The notes: generated by a model from the letters alone, not told the origin. A stretch of DNA of 64,000 nucleotides from Candidatus Niyogibacteria bacterium (GCA_016214345.1 JACROR010000009.1:241-64240); one strand, 5' to 3'; counted from the stretch's first letter, positions 26,459-37,495 are shown. Made by a program: numbers and translations.

Positions 26459-28212
26459 GCAGTTTCTTCTCTGGTTACGCGCAAAACTTCTTCCAGCGTA
26501 GTAATACCTTGCGCCGCTTTTATAATGCCGTCTTCCAGCATGGTTATCATGCCTTCTTTTTTCGCTTGTTTTTCTAGATCATCGGAGGTCGCTCCCGACA
26601 TAACCATATTTTTAATGGTTTCGGACATATACAAAACTTCGTGCACGCCTATGCGTCCCTGATAACCATCCGGCGCGTCGGCGGATTCCTTGGGCTTATG
26701 AAAAGTCATGTCCTGCCAACCGTCTTTGGCGCCTATTATTTTTTCATGCCGCATAATCGCAAGCATTTGATCTAAATCAATTTCCTTGCCCAATTTCGCC
26801 ACTTGTTCGCGCGTCAATTTATACGGCTCTTTGACTTTGTAAAGCGTCCTGATTAAGCGTTGAGCTATTATTAAGTTTACCGTGGAAACAATGAGAAACG
26901 GCTCAGCTTTCATATCTATCAGGCGGGGCAACGAACCTGCCGCGGAATTGGTGTGAAGTGTGGATAATACCAAGTGTCCGGTCAAAGCCGCGTTTATGGC
27001 GAGAGACGCGGTTTCGTTGTCGCGGATCTCGCCTACCATTACAATATCGGGGTCTTGACGCAAAAGAGACCTCAAACCATTGGCAAAACTATAACCTATA
27101 TCCGGACGCACCTGCGATTGATTGATGCGCGGCATGCGATATTCTATAGGATCCTCAATAGTGGAGATATTCACTTCCGGCGTGTTTAAAATATCCAAAA
27201 TCGTATAAAGAGTGGTGGTTTTGCCCGATCCGGTAGGGCCGGTGGCCAAAATCATGCCCGTCGGTTTTTTTATGGCGCGATGTATTTTCTCCAATCCCTC
27301 TCCGAAAAATCCCAACTTTTCCAAAGTAAATCCCTTGGAATTTTCCGGCAAAAGACGAAGCACAGATTTTTCTCCGTCATAAATAGGCAGTATGGAAACA
27401 CGGAAAGAAACCTTGTATTCCGCCGTTTCCACTTTAAAACGTCCGTCCTGAGGAAGACGGTGTTCGTCTAATTTTAAATTGGATAAAATTTTGATTCTGG
27501 CAATAATGCTCGAAGCAACCTGCTTAGGCAAAACCATGGCGTCATGCAAAATCCCGTCAAGGCGATATCGCACGATAACTTCTTTTTCCAAAGGTTCTAT
27601 GTGAATATCCGAGGCCTGCTGAATTATGGCGTGTTTGAGCAAGGTATCCACGATTCTCACCACCGGTAAATCTTCGGCCATTTTTTTCAAATCTTCACCG
27701 CCCGCGTCTTTCAACTCGCCCTCCACCGGGCGCAAAATTTCCGCATCCTTGCTTATAAGCTCGCCGAATTCCACTTCCAGACTTTTTTGATACTGTTTCA
27801 ACGCTTCCTGCATGGATTTTTTGTCAGTCAGGCGCGGCAAAAGTTTCAGACTGGTGGTTTTCTGGATTGCCTGGATGGTTTCCAAGTCTTCCGGATCCAA
27901 CATGGCAACTTCCAGCGCATTACCTTTTTTCTTAAATGCTATCACATTATGGCTGCGGGCTAAGGGCTCCGGCACCGCGCGCAAAACATCAGGTTCTATT
28001 TTCTGATCTTGAAGCGACACAAAAGGTATGCCTAAAATATAAGCCTTGAGGCGCGTAAGATCTTCCACCGAGATCTTACCTTTTGCCACGAGAATTTCTC
28101 CTATATTTTGATCGCCCTTAGCGGAAATTTTTTCCGCAGCCGAAACATCATCCGCGGACACCAGTCCCGAGTCCAGTAAAAATGCCTTTAACTGTTGATT
28201 GTCTATTCTCAT
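26455..28212 (-). CDS. pilB: Type IV pilus assembly ATPase PilB/GspE
   Basis: ASDIHIEP, RLPQDGR, GPTGSGKTTTLY, TIEDPIE, LRQDPD, TGHLVLSTLHTN. Confidence 0.95.
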   Translation of the reverse strand: MRIDNQQLKAFLLDSGLVSADDVSAAEKISAKGDQNIGEILVAKGKISVEDLTRLKAYILGIPFVSLQDQKIEPDVLRAVPEPLARSHNVIAFKKKGNALEVAMLDPEDLETIQAIQKTTSLKLLPRLTDKKSMQEALKQYQKSLEVEFGELISKDAEILRPVEGELKDAGGEDLKKMAEDLPVVRIVDTLLKHAIIQQASDIHIEPLEKEVIVRYRLDGILHDAMVLPKQVASSIIARIKILSNLKLDEHRLPQDGRFKVETAEYKVSFRVSILPIYDGEKSVLRLLPENSKGFTLEKLGFFGEGLEKIHRAIKKPTGMILATGPTGSGKTTTLYTILDILNTPEVNISTIEDPIEYRMPRINQSQVRPDIGYSFANGLRSLLRQDPDIVMVGEIRDNETASLAINAALTGHLVLSTLHTNSAAGSLPRLIDMKAEPFLIVSTVNLIIAQRLIRTLYKVKEPYKLTREQVAKLGKEIDLDQMLAIMRHEKIIGAKDGWQDMTFHKPKESADAPDGYQGRIGVHEVLYMSETIKNMVMSGATSDDLEKQAKKEGMITMLEDGIIKAAQGITTLEEVLRVTREETA

Positions 28213-28218
28213 TAATAA

Positions 28219-28617
28219 TCAATCCACTATGTACTCTTCTACCAATTTGGCTATGCGGCGAGTAATTTCATCCAAACTATAATCAGCCTTTATCAAATAA
28301 GCCTTGGCGCCCGAGGAAATGGCGCGCTCTATGTCATTTCCCGATTCTAAATTAGTAAGCACTACCACGGGAATAACGGCCAGTTCCGGTCTACCATTCA
28401 AAAAGCGCAACACTTCAAAACCATTTTTCTTCGGCAAGATCAGATCCAAAAGAATAAGATCCGGCTTTTTTTCCTGCGCCAGCTTTATGCCTTCTTCGCC
28501 GTCAAAGGCCTGGATCACCTCATACCCCTCTTTCTGCTCCAAGACCTGACGCAATGCTTTTTGAAAACCAGGCTCGTCTTCCACTAATAATATTTTGTAA
28601 CGCCTTTTTTTATCCAT
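28219..28617 (-). CDS. Single-domain response regulator (CheY-like)
   Basis: ILLVEDE, DLILLDLILP..NG, LTN, YLIK. Confidence 0.93.
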   Translation of the reverse strand: MDKKRRYKILLVEDEPGFQKALRQVLEQKEGYEVIQAFDGEEGIKLAQEKKPDLILLDLILPKKNGFEVLRFLNGRPELAVIPVVVLTNLESGNDIERAISSGAKAYLIKADYSLDEITRRIAKLVEEYIVD

Positions 28618-28676
28618 ACCTATTAATAATATTTATAAAATAAAATCAATAATGCTTTATTTGGTGGCGGGACTGC

Positions 28677-29627
28677 CTACCGGTAGGCAGGCAAAGTAAA
28701 CCAAAAAGTGGATCCCGCGCTTTCATGGCTCTCAAAGCCCACGCGTCCCTTGGATTTTTCCACCACCAAACGAACAATGTATAGCCCGAGTCCTATTCCG
28801 TCTATCTGCCGGCTGGTAACATTACGCGCCCTGAAAAATTTTCCAAAAATATTTTTCCTATCCTCGGCGGGAATGCCCACTCCCTGGTCAGTAATAGACC
28901 AATGCACTCCTCCGCGGTCTATCCCTATTTTAATTCCTATCTTCTGTCCGCTCTTGCCGTATTTTAGCGCGTTGTCCACTAAATGCTCCAAAACCATCTG
29001 TATCTTTTTCTTGTCCGCGCATACTTCCGGCAAAACACCGTCAATATCAACTGAAATCGCGCTTTCCGACTGTTTCACCTTCTCCTGATATCCTTTCAAG
29101 ACAACATCGGTAAGCTCGACTAAAGAAAAACATTCGGAACTCAATCGCGCCATCTGATCCTCCATGCGGTGCGCCGCAAGCATATCGGACACGATACCGG
29201 ACATTTTTTCACGCTGCTTTCCCAGCAAATCAAAGGTTTCTTGCCGGTCGTGCTCGGATAAATTAAGCCGCGAATCTTCCAACATTTCCAACTGCCAGCG
29301 CATGGATGCCAAAGGATCGCGCAGTTCATGGGACACGATGCTTATAAACTCCGACTTGGCCTTGGAATCTTCGGCAATGAGCTCAAATGATGCCACCACG
29401 GAATTGCCTATCACGAACAAAAACACGGTGATGCCCATGGCGATCAACGCGGAAATTTCGGGCTCGGTATAACGCTGGGCCACGACATAGGTCGCCAATA
29501 TGGCGATGATTATCACAATACCCATCAGCACGAACAAAAATTGCGGACAACCCCATAGTCCCACCTTGTATTCCTCGCAATGCTTCTTTACATTTAATGC
29601 GTCTAAAAAATGCTTAAAATCAAACAT
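28677..29627 (-). CDS. Membrane sensor histidine kinase
   Basis: SHELRDPL H-box, NALKY, D.G.GI, GLGL; likely start MFDF at 29627; stop lies within a palindromic repeat. Confidence 0.92.
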   Translation of the reverse strand: MFDFKHFLDALNVKKHCEEYKVGLWGCPQFLFVLMGIVIIIAILATYVVAQRYTEPEISALIAMGITVFLFVIGNSVVASFELIAEDSKAKSEFISIVSHELRDPLASMRWQLEMLEDSRLNLSEHDRQETFDLLGKQREKMSGIVSDMLAAHRMEDQMARLSSECFSLVELTDVVLKGYQEKVKQSESAISVDIDGVLPEVCADKKKIQMVLEHLVDNALKYGKSGQKIGIKIGIDRGGVHWSITDQGVGIPAEDRKNIFGKFFRARNVTSRQIDGIGLGLYIVRLVVEKSKGRVGFESHESAGSTFWFTLPAYR

Positions 29628-29793
29628 AGTTTTTTTACTTATACAATATATAATAACACATGCCGCGCTCGCGAGAAAAATTTGCTGTGCATACTGCCAC
29701 CCCCTATTGCATATTTTTAAAAACCTTGCTATATTAAAGATAGTCCGTTCTCGAAAAACGGATTTTATTTTTAAGAAGTAACTCATATATATC

Positions 29794-31029
29794 ATGTTAG
29801 ATCTAAAAAATCTTCATTCCGCTTTGGAACAACTGGAAGCCGAACGCGGCATACCCAAAGAAAAAATAATAGAGACCATTGAAATGGCCATGGCCGCCGC
29901 GTACAAAAAAGAATACGGCGAACGAGGCCAGATCATTCGCGCGGAATTCAACTCTCAAACCGGCAAAGTTAAGTTCTATCAAGTCAAAATAGCGGTAGAC
30001 GAATCCATGTTAAAACCCGAAACGGAAGAAGGAGATGCCGCGGAAGAAGCTGTCTCTGAAAAAGAAAACGCCGAAGAAGAGAGCGAGAATGGCATACGCA
30101 AAGTCCGCTTCAATGAAGAACGGCACATCATGATCAAAGACGCTAAAAAAGAAAAAAAGGGCGTAAAACCGGGAGACGAACTTATTTTCCCATTGGAAAC
30201 CAAAGAAGATTATGGAAGAATCGCGGCGCAAACCGCCAAACAAGTCATTATTCAGCGCATAAGGGAGGCTGAGCGAAGCTCGGTTTTTGACGAATTTAAA
30301 GACAAAGAAGGCGAGGCGATAAGCGGACTGGTGCAAAGAATTGAAAACCGTAATGTGTTTTTAGACCTGGGACGCGCCACCGGTATCTTGCCGCCGGAAG
30401 AACAAGTGCGGGGAGAGCGCTACCGCATAGGCGAACGCATTAAAGCGATCCTTTTAAAAGTGGATCAAAATTCACGCGGCCCTTCTTTGTATCTTTCGCG
30501 TACCCATCCGCGGCTCATTGCCAAACTTTTTGAGATCGAAGTGCCGGAAGTGGCCAGCGGCACCGTGGAGCTCAAATCCATAGTAAGAGAAGCCGGATCG
30601 CGCTCCAAAATAGCGGTCGCTTCCAACGAAGAAGGCGTTGATCCGGTAGGCTCCTGCGTGGGTCAAAAAGGCATACGAGTTAACACCGTAATCTCCGAAC
30701 TAGGCGGCGAAAAAATAGATGTAATAGAATGGTCCGATAATCCGGAAAGCTTCGTAGCCAAAGCCCTGTCTCCGGCCAAGGTGTTGAGCGTTGACATAAA
30801 CTCCAAAACCCAGATCGCGCAAGTGACAGTCGCCGAAGACCAGCTCTCGCTGGCCATAGGCAAGGGCGGACAAAATGTGCGTTTGGCGGCAAAACTCACC
30901 GGCTGGAAAATAGACATTAGATCGCAAAGCGGAGAATCCATAGCGCAAGCCACGGAAGAAGGCAATGTAAGCGGAGAACAAATAGAAGTTCCTGATGAAA
31001 ATGAGATCAAAGAAATGAAAGCGGAGTGA
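29794..31029 (+). CDS. nusA: Transcription factor NusA
   Basis: GRIAAQTAKQVIIQRIREAER, FEIEVPE, REAGSRSKIAV, LSLAIGKGGQNVRLAAKLTGWKIDI. Confidence 0.97.
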   Translation: MLDLKNLHSALEQLEAERGIPKEKIIETIEMAMAAAYKKEYGERGQIIRAEFNSQTGKVKFYQVKIAVDESMLKPETEEGDAAEEAVSEKENAEEESENGIRKVRFNEERHIMIKDAKKEKKGVKPGDELIFPLETKEDYGRIAAQTAKQVIIQRIREAERSSVFDEFKDKEGEAISGLVQRIENRNVFLDLGRATGILPPEEQVRGERYRIGERIKAILLKVDQNSRGPSLYLSRTHPRLIAKLFEIEVPEVASGTVELKSIVREAGSRSKIAVASNEEGVDPVGSCVGQKGIRVNTVISELGGEKIDVIEWSDNPESFVAKALSPAKVLSVDINSKTQIAQVTVAEDQLSLAIGKGGQNVRLAAKLTGWKIDIRSQSGESIAQATEEGNVSGEQIEVPDENEIKEMKAE

Positions 31030-31095
31030 GCGTTTTTGGAAACGGGGGTTCCAAATAATTGAAATAAAAAAATTATTAAATTAAAAGCGTAACTT

Positions 31096-33126
31096 ATGAA
31101 CATTATTTATTTCCCGATATTATCAAGTTTGCTGGCCATTTTATCCGCTCTGGTTTGGAGAGCGCGCATCCAAAAAGAACCGTCCGGCACGGAAAAAATG
31201 AAAGAGATAGCGGCCGCCATAAAAGAAGGATCAATCGCTTACCTAAAAAGACAATATAAAATCGTAACCGTGGTGGCCGTAATACTCGCGGCAATGCTTT
31301 GGTTTTTCTTCGGCATAACCACGGCCATGGGATTTTTGATAGGTGCCACGGCATCGGGCCTCGCGGGATATTTGGGAATGCTTACCGCCGTTTCCTCCAA
31401 TTCGCGCGTTACCGAATCCGCGCGTAAAGGATTAGCCGCGGCTTTTCGGCTTGCTTTCGTGGGCGGTTCGGTTACCGGATTTTTAGTGGTAGGTTTGGGC
31501 CTCTTGGTGGTTTCCGTATTCTGGCTGGTGACTAAAGATATTAACGCCCTGGTCGGCTTGGGCTTCGGCGGTTCGCTGATTTCCGTTTTCTCACGCTTAG
31601 GCGGAGGAATTTATACCAAAGGCGCGGATGTGGGCGCCGATCTGGTGGGCAAAGTGGAGGCGGGCATTCCGGAAGATGATCCGCGAAATCCCGCCGTCAT
31701 AGCGGACAATGTCGGAGACAATGTGGGAGACTGCGCGGGCATGGCCGCCGATCTTTTCGAAACTTACGCGGTAACCATCATATCCACCATGCTTTTGGGC
31801 AATTTGCTTTTCCCGGGCAGTAACGCGACCTTCATTTTTCCTTTGATCCTCGGCGCCATATCCATTATCGGATCGCTTATCGGAACTGTTTTCGTAAAAG
31901 CCAAGAAAAAAGAAAACATCATGCGTGGCCTCTATAAGGGACTCATTGCCTCCGGCATGATCTCCGCCGTTCTTTTTATACCCGCGACCAGATTCTTTGT
32001 TACGGTATCGGGAGAAACCATTTCTTTCGCGGGTAATACCATAAGCACCATCTCCGGTAATTGGTTAAACCTGTATTTCGCGAGCCTGGTAGGATTGTTC
32101 ATCACGCTTTTAATAATGCTCTTCACTGAATACTACACCGGAACGCAATTCAGACCGGTGCGATCCATCGCCAGATCATCCGAATCAGGGCACGCGACCA
32201 ATATCATAATGGGACTTGCGGTTTCCATGGAGGCGACCATCTTACCCATCATAACTATCGCCTTAGGCATGCTTTTGGCCTGGTGGCTCTTCGGACTCTA
32301 CGGCATAGCCATCGCGGCGGTCGCCATGCTCTCTTTGGCGGGCATCATAGTAGCCATTGATTCTTTCGGACCGATCACCGACAACGCCGGAGGCATCGCG
32401 GAAATGTCGGAAGCTCCGGCAGAGGTGCGCGACATAACCGACGCGTTGGACGCCGTGGGTAACACCACCAAAGCCGTCACCAAAGGATACGCCATCGCGT
32501 CCGCCGGACTCGCGGCGCTCGTCCTTTTCGGAGCTTATGTGGCGGAAATAGAAAAATTAGGCCAAGCCATAATTTTTAAATTAGATGACCCCTTGGTGCT
32601 CGCCGGAATTTTCTTCGGCGCCATGCTACCGTATCTTTTCGGATCGCTCGCCATGCTCGCGGTAGGTAAAACCGCGGAGAGCATAGTTACCGAAGTAAGA
32701 CGGCAATTCAAAGAAATCCCTGGCATTATGTCAGGCGCGGGCAAGCCGGACTACGCGCGCGCCGTAGACATCGCGACCAAATCCGCTCTGCGAGAAATGA
32801 TTTTGCCCGCGCTTTTGCCTATAGCCGTAGTTATCGCCGTAGCGCTTATTTTCGGACTCAAAGCCTTGGGTGGCCTTCTCATAGGCATCATCGTTACCGG
32901 ACTTTTCATGGCGCTTTCCATGACCTCGGGCGGCGCGGCGTGGGACAACGCCAAAAAATATATTGAAATGGGGCATCACGGCGGCAAAGGATCGCTCGCC
33001 CACCAAGCGGCGGTCACCGGAGACACCGTAGGCGACCCCTACAAAGACACGGCCGGACCCGCCATCAATCCCATGATCAAAGTGGTGAACATCGTGGCGC
33101 TGCTTTTAGTGGGATTGCTGATGTAA
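31096..33126 (+). CDS. hppA: Membrane proton-translocating pyrophosphatase, K+-independent signature
   Basis: [40 protein letters not shown] (Lys at the Ala/Lys determinant). Confidence 0.95.
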   Translation: MNIIYFPILSSLLAILSALVWRARIQKEPSGTEKMKEIAAAIKEGSIAYLKRQYKIVTVVAVILAAMLWFFFGITTAMGFLIGATASGLAGYLGMLTAVSSNSRVTESARKGLAAAFRLAFVGGSVTGFLVVGLGLLVVSVFWLVTKDINALVGLGFGGSLISVFSRLGGGIYTKGADVGADLVGKVEAGIPEDDPRNPAVIADNVGDNVGDCAGMAADLFETYAVTIISTMLLGNLLFPGSNATFIFPLILGAISIIGSLIGTVFVKAKKKENIMRGLYKGLIASGMISAVLFIPATRFFVTVSGETISFAGNTISTISGNWLNLYFASLVGLFITLLIMLFTEYYTGTQFRPVRSIARSSESGHATNIIMGLAVSMEATILPIITIALGMLLAWWLFGLYGIAIAAVAMLSLAGIIVAIDSFGPITDNAGGIAEMSEAPAEVRDITDALDAVGNTTKAVTKGYAIASAGLAALVLFGAYVAEIEKLGQAIIFKLDDPLVLAGIFFGAMLPYLFGSLAMLAVGKTAESIVTEVRRQFKEIPGIMSGAGKPDYARAVDIATKSALREMILPALLPIAVVIAVALIFGLKALGGLLIGIIVTGLFMALSMTSGGAAWDNAKKYIEMGHHGGKGSLAHQAAVTGDTVGDPYKDTAGPAINPMIKVVNIVALLLVGLLM

Positions 33127-33142
33127 AAATTAAAACTTATAA

Positions 33143-34210
33143 ATGCAAACAACTATAAAAAAATTGCTCAAATCAGAAATTGAAATAACGGGCGAGATCT
33201 CCGCCGCTGATTTTGACAAATTCATCGCGCAAAGCGTGAAATATTTTTCGCAAAATATGGAAATCCCAGGATTCCGCAAAGGCCATGTTCCGGAAAAAAT
33301 GGCACAGGAAAAAGCGGGCGAAGACACCATTCTTCATGAAGCCGCGGAACTGGCACTGCAAGACGCGTATCCCAAGATCCTCCAAACGGAAAAAATAGAA
33401 GCCATAGGACGGCCGGAAATAGTCATCACCAAAATGGCGCGCAACAACTCTTTGGAATTCAAAATAAAAACCGCGGTACTGCCGGAGATCAATTTACCTG
33501 ACTACAAAAGCGTGGTGAGCAAAGTGCCTGCGACCGAAAAATCTGAAATTTCGGAAAAAGAGCTCACCGAAGCGCTGAATTATTTAAGAAAGTCCCGCGC
33601 GCCCCACAACGCCGGCGCGAAAAACGATCCCGAAAATAAAACCGAAGATCTCCCCGAATTGAACGACGCATTCGCCAAAAGCGTAGGCAAGTTCAATACT
33701 TTGGAAGAACTGAAAAACGCGCTCCGCGAAAATCTTGCCTTTGAAAAAGAAATGAAAAACAAAGAAAAGCGGCGCACCGAAATACTCCAAAAAATCTCCG
33801 AATCCATAACTTGGGAACTGCCCAATATAATTATAGAAGCTGAAAAAGAAAAAATGGTGACTGAAATGAAAGGGAATATAGAAGGTATGGGGCTAAAATG
33901 GGAAGACTATCTGAAAAATATTAAAAAGACTGCGGAAGATCTCAAAAAAGAATGGATGCCGGAAGCGGAAAAACGCGTCAAATACGGTCTGGTCATACGA
34001 GAGATCGGCGCCAAAGAAAACACCACGCCCTCCGAGGCAGAAATAAAAAATTACACCGATAAAATGCTGGAAAAATACGGCGGAGCCGACAACGCGAAAA
34101 TCGATAAAAATCGCCTTAATGATTACGCGCAGAGCGTCTTGGGCAACGAAAAAACTCTTCAATTCCTGGAAACTTGCGAAAGCGAAACCAGAGACGCCAA
34201 AAATCATTAA
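33143..34210 (+). CDS. tig: Trigger factor (lacks most of the FKBP domain)
   Basis: IPGFRKGHVP ribosome-binding motif; upstream of clpP. Confidence 0.9.
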   Translation: MQTTIKKLLKSEIEITGEISAADFDKFIAQSVKYFSQNMEIPGFRKGHVPEKMAQEKAGEDTILHEAAELALQDAYPKILQTEKIEAIGRPEIVITKMARNNSLEFKIKTAVLPEINLPDYKSVVSKVPATEKSEISEKELTEALNYLRKSRAPHNAGAKNDPENKTEDLPELNDAFAKSVGKFNTLEELKNALRENLAFEKEMKNKEKRRTEILQKISESITWELPNIIIEAEKEKMVTEMKGNIEGMGLKWEDYLKNIKKTAEDLKKEWMPEAEKRVKYGLVIREIGAKENTTPSEAEIKNYTDKMLEKYGGADNAKIDKNRLNDYAQSVLGNEKTLQFLETCESETRDAKNH

Positions 34211-34241
34211 AAAAATACCGCCCCAATAGGCGGTATTTTTT
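34211..34241. terminator. Bidirectional terminator
   Basis: AAAAATACCGCC-CCAATA-GGCGGTATTTTT. Confidence 0.8.
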
Positions 34242-34244
34242 AAT

Positions 34245-35027
34245 TCAACCCCAAACTTTTTTTACCACCTCATCCGCCAAAATTTTAATATCCTCACGAA
34301 CTTGGTTGATAAATTTTTGTTGGCGCAACCGATCAATACGCGATCGGTCTTTTGACTTTTTCTCCGGCTTGGCATGCGCCGACATGTACATCACGGGATC
34401 ATAACCCGTCAACTTGGTTTTTTTAGTCACGCCTGACAACGACGATTGCGCGTAAATCAGTGGAGGATCTACGCTATCCACGCCAATAAATAATTCATGA
34501 TCTTTTAAATTGGCGCGGTGCAATTTATAATATTCAAAACTGGACGTGGATGAAAAAGCCGCCACGTCAAAATCCATTCCAACCTCATTAAGAATTCTGG
34601 CTAATCTGTCAACGCCTTTGCCGGCAGCCATGTATTCCGTAACTAAAAGCGCTTTTTTCTTAGTTTGCGGCCTTATTTGTTTAAAAAAATCCGAAACCGC
34701 CGCGTCATTTTCTACCGTGAAAATCCGCCCGCCCGCGATAAATTTAGTGGAAATCTCATTTTCTTTCGGCGGCTTATCCGCGTGCGATTGATGCTTGCGC
34801 TCATTTATTACACTTCGCAAAATAAGAGTAGGTACCCGACCGCTCGCGTCATCGCCTATCAGTATATCGTATTCGTCATTATCAATTTTGTCCTTCAACT
34901 GATCAACCAATGAAGTGGCGGGCCATTCCAACTGCTTGATCGCCTCAAAGTGATATTTAGGCTCGATTTTCTCGGCCTCCTCTGCTATTGTTTCTGGTCG
35001 TTCAAATGCTCTTTCCGCTGATCCCAT
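34245..35027 (-). CDS. Hypothetical protein with a PRTase-like fold
   Basis: LIGDDASGRVPTL and ALLVTEYMAAGKG resemble degenerate PRTase motifs; probable start MGSAE at 35027. Confidence 0.65.
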   Translation of the reverse strand: MGSAERAFERPETIAEEAEKIEPKYHFEAIKQLEWPATSLVDQLKDKIDNDEYDILIGDDASGRVPTLILRSVINERKHQSHADKPPKENEISTKFIAGGRIFTVENDAAVSDFFKQIRPQTKKKALLVTEYMAAGKGVDRLARILNEVGMDFDVAAFSSTSSFEYYKLHRANLKDHELFIGVDSVDPPLIYAQSSLSGVTKKTKLTGYDPVMYMSAHAKPEKKSKDRSRIDRLRQQKFINQVREDIKILADEVVKKVWG

Positions 35028-35091
35028 ATTTAAAATTGAAGCATGAATTCGGCCGAAACTCAATTTATAATTTATCTTCCAAAGCTAATTA

Positions 35092-35136
35092 CCAAGGTGC
35101 CACCTTGGATAGCGCTTCCAAGGTGGCACCTTGGAA
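35092..35136. repeat. REP-like doublet CCAAGGTG(C/G)CACCTTGG
   Basis: Two 17-bp palindromes in inverted orientation, 35092-35108 and 35118-35134. Confidence 0.8.
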
Positions 35137-35204
35137 GTTTTGATAATAAATAGCTTTATAAAAAAAATTTGATTTTTGCGCGATTTCCTATATAATAATT
35201 AATT

Positions 35205-35801
35205 ATGCTTATACCAACCGTCATAGAAAAATCACAATTCGGCGAAAGGGCTTACGATATTTATTCACGCCTATTGAAAGAGCGTATCGTATTTTTAGGC
35301 GGCACTATCACCGATCCGGTGGCCAACACCATCATCGCCCAGCTTTTATTTTTGGAATCCGAAGACCCTAAAAAAGACATTAATCTGTACGTTGATTCTC
35401 CGGGAGGCTCGGTTACCGCGACCCTCGCCATCTACGACACTATGCAACACATCAAACCCGATGTCGCGACCATTTGCGTGGGACTTGCCGCCTCAGGTGG
35501 CGCCATAATACTCGCGGCCGGAGCCAAGGGTAAGCGTTTTATTCTGCCCAATTCCGAAGTCATGATTCATCAAGTGTTGGGAGCCGCCGAAGGACAAGCC
35601 ACGGAAATTGAAATTTCCGCTAAACATATTTTAAAAGTAAAACATCGGCTCAATATGATATTGGCCGACCATACAGGCAAGCCAATATCAAAAATAGAAC
35701 AGGACACCGATCGCGATCTGTTTATGACCGCCGAAGAAGCCAAACAATACGGCATCGTGGACAAGATCGTAAAATCCAAAACCGAAACTGGCAAAAAATA
35801 A
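35205..35801 (+). CDS. clpP: ATP-dependent Clp protease proteolytic subunit
   Basis: [33 protein letters not shown]. Confidence 0.97.
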   Translation: MLIPTVIEKSQFGERAYDIYSRLLKERIVFLGGTITDPVANTIIAQLLFLESEDPKKDINLYVDSPGGSVTATLAIYDTMQHIKPDVATICVGLAASGGAIILAAGAKGKRFILPNSEVMIHQVLGAAEGQATEIEISAKHILKVKHRLNMILADHTGKPISKIEQDTDRDLFMTAEEAKQYGIVDKIVKSKTETGKK

Positions 35802-35803
35802 CG

Positions 35804-37426
35804 CTATAACAACTTATCAATTAAATTAGAACCGGTCATCTCATTGGGCGCGTTCAATCCCATAAACTTCAAAACCGTGGGCGCGATATCCGTTATCACG
35901 CCTCCCACATCAACATATTGGGCATCTATCTCCGTTGGAGAAATGGGCGTTTCTTTTTTAAATTCATTAGCCACTAAAAAACACGGCACCGGATTAGTGG
36001 TGTGTTTGGTCCTCTTCTCTCCGGTAAGGCGGTACCTTTTTTCTTCCGCGTTGCCATGATCGGCGGTAACGATCAGCGCTCCGCCCATTTCCAAAACTTG
36101 CGACACAATCTTTCCCACCGAGAAATCCACCACTTCTATGGCTTTCACCGTGGCGTCAAAATTTCCGGTATGCCCGACCATGTCGCAATTGGCGAAATTC
36201 GCCAGAATAAAATCATACTTGTCCAAGTTGGCCAACACCGCGTCGGCCACCTGCCCGGTTGACATCTCGGGGTGTTCATCATAATTTGCCGCGCCCGATG
36301 AAGGCACCAAAATGCGGTCTTCTCCTGGGAACGGCTTTTCCTTGCCGCCATTGAAAAAATAAGTGACATGGGCGTATTTTTCCATTTCCGCGATATGCAA
36401 TTGCCGCAAACCGGCATCGGAGATCATTCCCGCCAGAGTGCGCGGAACATCCAACGACAAAAAAGCCGCTTTCACCGGCAAACCTTTTTCATACTCGGTC
36501 ATGGTCACGAATTCCAGATCAAGGCGGCTTCTCGCAAAACGGTCAAAATGCTCCGACACGAAAGCGGAAGTTAATTCTCGCACGCTGTCTTCACGAAAAT
36601 TATAAAAAATCACCGCGTCGCCATTTTGAATTCTCCCCAAGGGCAAACCTGCCTGTCCGACAGGCAGATTCGCGCCATCCTCCAAAAATCCGGGCAAAAG
36701 CGTGGTGTCATTCAAACCGGCTTCATACGAAATCGCGACATGCTCCACAGGATCAATGAACGGTTTGCCCCGGCCTTCCGTTAAAAGCCGGTAAGCCGCT
36801 TCTATCCTGTCCCAATTTTCGTCGCGATCCATGGAATAAAACCTGCCTATCACGGAAGCTATTTTAATGTTCGGATAATCCAACAACGATTCTTTGAATT
36901 TTTTAAGGAATCCGAGCATCTCTTTAGGCGGAGCATCCTTGCCATCACCGAACAAATGAAGATAAACTTCCGGAACTCCGGAACGTTTCGCGAAATCCAA
37001 AAGCGCGTAGAGATGTTCCACGTAAGCGTGCACCGAACCGGATGAAAAAAGACCCATCAAATGAAGGCGCGCTCCCGGTTTTTTGGCTCTTTCCGCCGCC
37101 GCCAAAAAAGCCGGATTTTCAAAAAAAGACCCATCGTCAATGGAACTGATTATCCTCGGTAGATGATGATACAAAACCCGTCCCGCGCCTATGGTCAAAT
37201 GGCCGATCTCGCTGTTTCCCGCCTCATTCCAAGGAATGCCCACGGCAATCCCCGACGCTTGGAGCGCGGTAAACGGCCAATGCGTCTCCAACATTTCAAA
37301 GGTGGGACGCTTGGCGAATTTCCAAGTGGATTCCGGAACCGACATATTAACGCCAAAACCGTCCAACACCAAAAGCACCACCGGCTTGTATTTATTCTTG
37401 ATTAATCTTACATTTCCATCTTCCAT
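35804..37426 (-). CDS. gpmI: 2,3-bisphosphoglycerate-independent phosphoglycerate mutase
   Basis: LLVLDGFG, GNSEIGH, EKYAHVTYFFNGG, DMVGHTG, TADHGNAE. Confidence 0.96.
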   Translation of the reverse strand: MEDGNVRLIKNKYKPVVLLVLDGFGVNMSVPESTWKFAKRPTFEMLETHWPFTALQASGIAVGIPWNEAGNSEIGHLTIGAGRVLYHHLPRIISSIDDGSFFENPAFLAAAERAKKPGARLHLMGLFSSGSVHAYVEHLYALLDFAKRSGVPEVYLHLFGDGKDAPPKEMLGFLKKFKESLLDYPNIKIASVIGRFYSMDRDENWDRIEAAYRLLTEGRGKPFIDPVEHVAISYEAGLNDTTLLPGFLEDGANLPVGQAGLPLGRIQNGDAVIFYNFREDSVRELTSAFVSEHFDRFARSRLDLEFVTMTEYEKGLPVKAAFLSLDVPRTLAGMISDAGLRQLHIAEMEKYAHVTYFFNGGKEKPFPGEDRILVPSSGAANYDEHPEMSTGQVADAVLANLDKYDFILANFANCDMVGHTGNFDATVKAIEVVDFSVGKIVSQVLEMGGALIVTADHGNAEEKRYRLTGEKRTKHTTNPVPCFLVANEFKKETPISPTEIDAQYVDVGGVITDIAPTVLKFMGLNAPNEMTGSNLIDKLL

Positions 37427-37466
37427 ATGTTCTATATTGTATCACGCGCCCATATTCCTCCAGCTA

Positions 37467-37495
37467 TTGACATTTTTATTGATATATGATAATCT
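37467..37495 (+). promoter_or_regulatory. Sigma70-type promoter
   Basis: TTGACA-17 nt-TAATCT with TG extension, upstream of the ORF at 37547. Confidence 0.6.

Noticed and set aside
29628-29795. Extended N-terminus of the histidine kinase given in the ORF track (likewise 42547-42597, 35028-35063)
   Set aside because: The extension covers the divergent promoter region or a repeat; downstream ATGs give more plausible starts
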